Shown one piece after another: positions 58,980-64,000 of a DNA stretch of 64,000 bases. Position numbers and translations under genes: made by a program. The notes below the pieces were generated by a model. The model saw nothing but the letters and a program-made list of their open reading frames with translations, had not been told where the DNA came from and did no database searches. The number at the start of each line of letters is the position of its first letter. Position 1 is the stretch's first letter. This DNA is from an uncultured Gammaproteobacteria bacterium (lineage in GTDB: Bacteria; Patescibacteriota; Microgenomatia; Woykebacterales; RBG-16-39-9b), in NCBI GenBank assembly GCA_964367355.1, contig CAYIWY010000002.1, forward strand, positions 7,296-71,295. The letters run 5' to 3'.

Positions 58980-59915
58980 ATGGATTATCTCAAAACTCAA
59001 ATTGAGGAACTCGAGAAAAAAATCGAGGAAACTAGAAAACTTTTAACCGATCCGGATTTAGCTGACCTTGCTCAAGGCGAAATTGATAGTTTAAAAGAAC
59101 AGAAAGAATCTTTACTATCGCTAATTAACCAATCAAGTGAAAAACCTTCTGGTGACGGGAATGTTGACTCACACAATTGTATTGTCGAGATTCGCGCCGC
59201 AGCTGGTGGCGATGAAGCTGGTCTTTTTGCCGGCGTCCTCTACCGGATGTACACTCGCTTTGCCTCTAACAAAATTTGGAAGGTTGAGCAACTTTCGATA
59301 AATGAAGGTGGGATTGGTAATATTAAAGAAGTAATTTTCCGTGTAATTGGACGGGGGGCTTACGGACTTTTGAAGTTCGAAAGTGGCGTCCACCGCGTCC
59401 AGAGAGTTCCTGAGACCGAAAGCTCCGGTCGGGTTCATACCTCGACTACAACTGTCGCCGTACTACCTGAACTGGAAGATATTGATTTTCATATTAACGA
59501 AGTTGATATAAAAACCGATACCTTTCACGCCAGCGGTCATGGTGGACAAAGTGTTCAAAAAGTTGAGACCGCCGTTCGATTGACCCATATTCCAACCGGA
59601 ATTATTTCTACTTGTCAAACCGAGCGATCTCAATTTCAGAACAAAGAAAAGGCACTGGCGGTATTGCGGTCTAGAATTTATGAAGCGCAAGAATCCAAAG
59701 CTAATGCCGCTGTGGCCAAAGACCGTAAACTCCAAGTCGGAACTGGTGATCGCAGTGAAAAAATCCGCACTTACAACTACCCACAAGATCGAATTACTGA
59801 CCATCGGATCGGTAAAAATTGGCATAATATTGAAGTAATTTTAGAAGGAAATCTAGATACTCTACTTAACGATATTCAAAAAGCCGATACGCAAGATTCC
59901 TCTGAAAAAGATTAA
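58980..59915 (+). CDS. prfA: Peptide chain release factor 1
   Basis: VQRVPET (PxT), GGQ, RTYNYPQ. Confidence 0.95.
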   Translation: MDYLKTQIEELEKKIEETRKLLTDPDLADLAQGEIDSLKEQKESLLSLINQSSEKPSGDGNVDSHNCIVEIRAAAGGDEAGLFAGVLYRMYTRFASNKIWKVEQLSINEGGIGNIKEVIFRVIGRGAYGLLKFESGVHRVQRVPETESSGRVHTSTTTVAVLPELEDIDFHINEVDIKTDTFHASGHGGQSVQKVETAVRLTHIPTGIISTCQTERSQFQNKEKALAVLRSRIYEAQESKANAAVAKDRKLQVGTGDRSEKIRTYNYPQDRITDHRIGKNWHNIEVILEGNLDTLLNDIQKADTQDSSEKD

Positions 59916-59969
59916 GGGCCGCTCGGTGTTTCTCGCTTGACGCTCGAAATCCGTTTCAGCCCTATCCTT

Positions 59970-60395
59970 TCACTTCCCTTCTGAACACACCGTGTGTACA
60001 TCATCTGAAGTGAGTTCAAGGTCCCTGGGAGTGGGTGGAGCCCAACTGATCCGACGATTGATGAAGTCCTGGGTGAACATACTGCAAAGAACCTTATCAG
60101 CTTCAACCTTGAAGCGACGGTAGTCGGCCAAGTCGGAAGCCTTTAGGATTCCTGCAACGATCAACCCACTCGCGGTCCCGCAGTCAATGCTGAATCCAGC
60201 ACCGGCAGCGAGAACCTTGCTCCCTGTGACTTCTGTCCGTGGACAAGGGTCAGTAGTGGACGGAACGGCTGGAAATGATACACTCGGCATCACTTCAAAT
60301 GTCACGGCCGGCGCCGACTTCTTTGATTCCCCTCCGCAAGCCACTAAAGCCAACGAAACGAGAACCGCGACTGCGGTTAAAAGCAGCTTTTTCAC
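59970..60395 (-). CDS. Orphan lipoprotein, paralog of 60579-61076
   Basis: LVAC lipobox; AGGAGG SD; TTGACT-17-TATAAT promoter at 60437-60465. Confidence 0.75.
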   Translation of the reverse strand: MKKLLLTAVAVLVSLALVACGGESKKSAPAVTFEVMPSVSFPAVPSTTDPCPRTEVTGSKVLAAGAGFSIDCGTASGLIVAGILKASDLADYRRFKVEADKVLCSMFTQDFINRRISWAPPTPRDLELTSDDVHTVCSEGK

Positions 60396-60463
60396 CTGAT
60401 TCCTCCTACTCTTTAACCAACTGGTGAATTAAACACATTATATCACTATAGGACTGTAAAGTC

Positions 60464-60561
60464 AAGTACTTCGTACTTGCATTTGAGGACAAAAGTTAAG
60501 TACTTCGTACTTGCATTTGAGGACAAAAGTTAAGTACTTCGTACTTGCATTTGAGGACAAA
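60464..60561. repeat. Tandem repeat, about 3 x 34 bp, each unit with an AAGTAC-TTC-GTACTT hairpin
   Basis: Units start at 60464, 60498 and 60532; no spacers. Confidence 0.95.
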
Positions 60562-60578
60562 GTAAAGCTGGGATTTAT

Positions 60579-61076
60579 TCAAAAGGAGCAGCCTGAGGTT
60601 CGTACGTCTTCGGGTTGAAGATCTTTCTTCAGCTCAAAGGGCGGCGCCCAAAGTAAAGCTAGATTACAGAGATTATCTGCTCCAAGAACGTGCAGCTGCT
60701 GTTCAAGTAAAAATTTCTTCTCGCGGTAATCATTAATATTTTTGGCTTGAGTAATTCCAGCCACAATCAAAGTAGTCTTTGGACCATAATCAATTGTAAT
60801 ATTGTGTTTTTTATCAATATACGGTAGCTTGTTTTTGATTTTATTGACCTCAGTATTTCTGAGTTTTGACTCTGCTAGCTTTTGTTTACTGTTGATATCT
60901 GGTAGAAATGGACTTATCTTTCCCGACTGTAATTTCTCTACAGCTGGTAATTTTTTTAAACTGCTTTCGAGACTTATGTCAACACCTCTTAGAATTAATA
61001 AATTAATTCCCAGTAAAGAGAGTCCAATAATTATTAGGGACACGGTTAGTATTTTTTGGTTGCTTAAATATTTCAT
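60579..61076 (-). CDS. Membrane-anchored hypothetical protein
   Basis: N-terminal TM; directly downstream of the large surface protein gene. Confidence 0.75.
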   Translation of the reverse strand: MKYLSNQKILTVSLIIIGLSLLGINLLILRGVDISLESSLKKLPAVEKLQSGKISPFLPDINSKQKLAESKLRNTEVNKIKNKLPYIDKKHNITIDYGPKTTLIVAGITQAKNINDYREKKFLLEQQLHVLGADNLCNLALLWAPPFELKKDLQPEDVRTSGCSF

Positions 61077-61082
61077 TTTAGT

Positions 61083-64000
61083 TTAGCAATACCCTGGATA
61101 GGCTATTTTGAAACCACCCCACTCACAGTGGTTACCTGCTTTAAATTTAACTACTGCAGCTTCTACCTGAGAATACGGATTCCAGGCTCCATTATCAATG
61201 TTGACACCGTTTGTAGTTTCATAATCATAATACTTGCCGTTATATGGACTGACTAAGGGATCCTCACTGTTTGTATCTCTGCCTGGTATTTTCCAACAGC
61301 CATTCCAACCATTAATACTACCTTTATTGAAATAAGTTGTGCTTCCTGAACCACCATCCAAGCCTGCCACTTTTTTGCCGGTGCTATTCCAAGTCGGTGC
61401 CATAAACTGGAACACGCCAATTTCACCGTTACCACCAGCCGCACAAAGACCTTTATTTCTTTGTTGAAGATCATTTCCTGAGCTAAAGAGAGTCCCATCT
61501 TCATTTGAAACTGTATCCCACATAACCTTGGTCAGCGAAACTCCTGGCACTTTAGGATCAGCAATTTCAGCAGTTTGATTTGCAATGTAATTAGCAAGGT
61601 CATCCCAGGATCCGTCACCAGTTACACCTTTTGGAATAGAGGTGGTGGGCGCAATCGGACAGTCTTTTGTCCTAAAAGATTGGGTGTCACTAAAGTATGG
61701 GTAACCGTCACGATTGGTGTTCACCCGCCAATTGAAGGTAGTACTAGCTGGCAAATTAATTGTTGTATAAAAAGCTGTGTTTGGACTGAAAACGCTTGGA
61801 GTTGGGACAGAATTTGCAAAAGTTCCTGCCAAAAAGTTGTTGTCATATATTGAGTAGTCTAAAATTTGTGTTGGCAGAGATTTTGCACTTGTAAATAGTG
61901 TGCCTGACTTCCAGGCAATGTTAATTGTTCTAGACCTTCCATCGGGGCTGCACTCGCTTTGCGTGATGAGCTGATTCGCAGTCGTAGCTACTACTCCATC
62001 TTGATAACTACTAATATTAAAGCTTGCGATTGGTGAGAATAGTATATGAAAGATGTCACAACTTGGATTTGTACACGCAATAACCATCCAGTTCCAGTTA
62101 CCCTTAAACAGAGGGGCAGGAATATAATTTGGATTTATTGTTCCGTTTTGATCAGACTCCCAGTTCCAAGTACCATCAGAAGCGTTAAGTGGCGATAGAC
62201 AAAGCTTTGGATCAGTTGTCCCAGTACAAATTTTGGTAGAGACATCCTTAATCCAGTAACCTCCCTCATTGAAAGTGTTTATTTTATTACCTTCAGACTG
62301 TTTCAACAAAACACGGTAATGATCGATTGTTCCCACAGCTGGTTTAGCCGCAAGCCAAGATAAATGACCAGGTACGCTCGAAAAAGATACTCGAAGATCG
62401 CTTGGTGGGGATTGAACTAAAGTCCCCGCTACTGTAAAACTTGACTCAACAAAACCAGTAAGTGGGCAAGTTACCGTCGTACAAGACCAGACAAAATAGT
62501 AATACGTTTTTCCGGCAGTTAACATTAAAGGCTTGGCTCCAATATTCCCAACAGAATACCAATTAAGATCAGTCCAGTTTCGTACACAACTCGTTGTACT
62601 ACAATCAAGAGCACCTAGATAAGATTTCCAGAGCCGCGTAGCCGAGATCAGATCAGCGTGATTATCCGAAACCGCAAGTCCGTAGTAAGCCGCTTGAGAG
62701 TTCGGCTTCCAGACAAAGGATGGCTGGGGACTCTGATCAGGCCCAATTGGGGATTGCAAAGTTACGGCTATACTTGTAGCGCATAATTCTTTATTAAAGT
62801 TTGCGGGTGTACCAGTCTCTGTCGCTCCATCAGTTTTTGCATAAGTTACATCAAATACTTCCCCTGCACTATTTTTGGCCCATACTCGCCAGAAATAGGT
62901 CTTGGCCGGAGAAAGGGCTAATACACGATTAACGGTCAGGGGTGTTGATGTGAAATTGTCCTTCCAATCCCCACCAACTCGATCACCTGTCAGGCTTAAC
63001 TGGGTTCCGGAAACAACTTTATTGGCAAAACCAGCAAAATTACTACTTTCCGACACGTCAACTGCATACGAAGCAGCATTAGTTCCCTTCCAACTAAAGC
63101 GCAGCCCACTTCCCCAAATTACTCCGTTGGTTCCGCAAATTAGTGCTTTTATGTTTGTATTTAAACTATAAGGCTGGGACGGTTTTGTTGCGGTAGTTGG
63201 AGTAGAAAGCGGTGGCTTATCCAATTGATCGATTACGCTATAAACTTCCCCAGCAGAATTTTTTGCCCAAACCCACCAATAATAGGTTGTAGTTTCCGCC
63301 AAATTTAGTTTACCAGCGTTGTTATAATCAACTGTCCCCTTGGTAACCCACCCACTATCACCATAAGTAAAGTAAAACCCAGTATCTCGTGTGAGGGCTA
63401 CTGGCATAGTTTTTTTAACATAATTGGTCGTAAAAGTCTTGTCGGAAGATATCAAAATATTAAACTCAGTTGTACTACTCCCGTTCCAGGAAAATTTATG
63501 AGTTGCTCCCCATCTACCTGATGGTACGGAAAGAAGTGCATCCGTATCAACCAAAGAAGTCGGGCTCGCCGGCTTAGCAGCGACCGGAATAAGTGGTGGT
63601 TTAGTTATTTTTAGATTTGGGATTGACGTACCTGTTTGGGGAATATTATATATTGCACCTCCAATATTTTTAGCATAGACTCGCCAATAGTAAGTTGTCC
63701 CTTCCTGCAAGGCTAGTTGCCCATTAGCTGAATAAGTCGCGGTTCCTTGGTTGATCCAACCACTATCCCCCAACACTGAGTAAGTCGCTAAAGCATCAGC
63801 TTTGGTAACATTGAGTATCCGATTAACGAAGTGTCCGCTGGCAAAGTTCTGATCCGAAGAAATATCAACTGCAAACTGATCAGCATTTGCTCCGGTCCAT
63901 TGGAACTTATGGGTTGTTCCCCAAACACCTGAAGGTACGCTAGTTTGTGAATCAGAATCTACAAGAGCCGCGACTGAGGGTAAGGAGGCTATAGGTGGTG
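61083..64000 (-). CDS. Large surface protein with FN3-like repeats and C-terminal lytic transglycosylase-like domain (5' end outside window)
   Basis: Frame open to window edge; repeated FxW..YYWRV.AKN modules; NE...GEIGVFQFMAPTW and AWNPYSQVEAA. Confidence 0.8.
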   Translation of the reverse strand, partial: PPIASLPSVAALVDSDSQTSVPSGVWGTTHKFQWTGANADQFAVDISSDQNFASGHFVNRILNVTKADALATYSVLGDSGWINQGTATYSANGQLALQEGTTYYWRVYAKNIGGAIYNIPQTGTSIPNLKITKPPLIPVAAKPASPTSLVDTDALLSVPSGRWGATHKFSWNGSSTTEFNILISSDKTFTTNYVKKTMPVALTRDTGFYFTYGDSGWVTKGTVDYNNAGKLNLAETTTYYWWVWAKNSAGEVYSVIDQLDKPPLSTPTTATKPSQPYSLNTNIKALICGTNGVIWGSGLRFSWKGTNAASYAVDVSESSNFAGFANKVVSGTQLSLTGDRVGGDWKDNFTSTPLTVNRVLALSPAKTYFWRVWAKNSAGEVFDVTYAKTDGATETGTPANFNKELCATSIAVTLQSPIGPDQSPQPSFVWKPNSQAAYYGLAVSDNHADLISATRLWKSYLGALDCSTTSCVRNWTDLNWYSVGNIGAKPLMLTAGKTYYYFVWSCTTVTCPLTGFVESSFTVAGTLVQSPPSDLRVSFSSVPGHLSWLAAKPAVGTIDHYRVLLKQSEGNKINTFNEGGYWIKDVSTKICTGTTDPKLCLSPLNASDGTWNWESDQNGTINPNYIPAPLFKGNWNWMVIACTNPSCDIFHILFSPIASFNISSYQDGVVATTANQLITQSECSPDGRSRTINIAWKSGTLFTSAKSLPTQILDYSIYDNNFLAGTFANSVPTPSVFSPNTAFYTTINLPASTTFNWRVNTNRDGYPYFSDTQSFRTKDCPIAPTTSIPKGVTGDGSWDDLANYIANQTAEIADPKVPGVSLTKVMWDTVSNEDGTLFSSGNDLQQRNKGLCAAGGNGEIGVFQFMAPTWNSTGKKVAGLDGGSGSTTYFNKGSINGWNGCWKIPGRDTNSEDPLVSPYNGKYYDYETTNGVNIDNGAWNPYSQVEAAVVKFKAGNHCEWGGFKIAYPGYC

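Noticed and set aside
60464-60561. CRISPR array
   Set aside because: Units are contiguous and identical with no unique spacers; no cas genes in the window
586-63171. Numerous antisense or overlapping ORFs in the track (e.g. 586-1053, 1553-1960, 22507-22779, 23132-23335, 27640-28059, 52001-53450)
   Set aside because: They are shadows of well-supported genes or lack start signals and protein-like composition

Overview
The window is AT-rich chromosome from what looks like a Patescibacteria (CPR) bacterium, most likely Microgenomates-type. This is inferred from gene content: a membrane-anchored Clp ATPase, a VirD4/DUF87-like protein, a yebC-MazG-ruvC-DUF5656 operon and EF-P with KMGRG. It carries housekeeping genes (P1B ATPase, hpf, csaA, rarA with an in-frame TAG, lexA-like, pepE, ruvC, yebC, rluD, lgt, pepA, pepP, efp, tRNA-Leu(CAA), dnaB, hisS, rpmE, prfA). 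Many housekeeping genes look leaderless, with a TANNNT box 6-11 nt before the start codon. They are interleaved with about 20 GC-richer orphan units, each typically with a sigma70 promoter, strong Shine-Dalgarno (SD) and intrinsic terminator. The best candidates for new biology are: (i) a four-gene island at 50.2-54.4 kb with a MORC/GHKL ATPase, a methyltransferase-fold protein and two DNA-binding proteins but no visible nuclease or integrase; (ii) three extra, synonymously recoded copies of the yebC 5' end stacked upstream of yebC, two carrying a GCGAAGC hairpin element; (iii) an ORF-free, highly base-paired region at 22.66-23.37 kb that looks like a large unannotated ncRNA; (iv) an orphan cassette array at 16.2-20 kb with a shared 44-bp terminal hairpin. 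All calls were made by eye; no database search or folding program was run.
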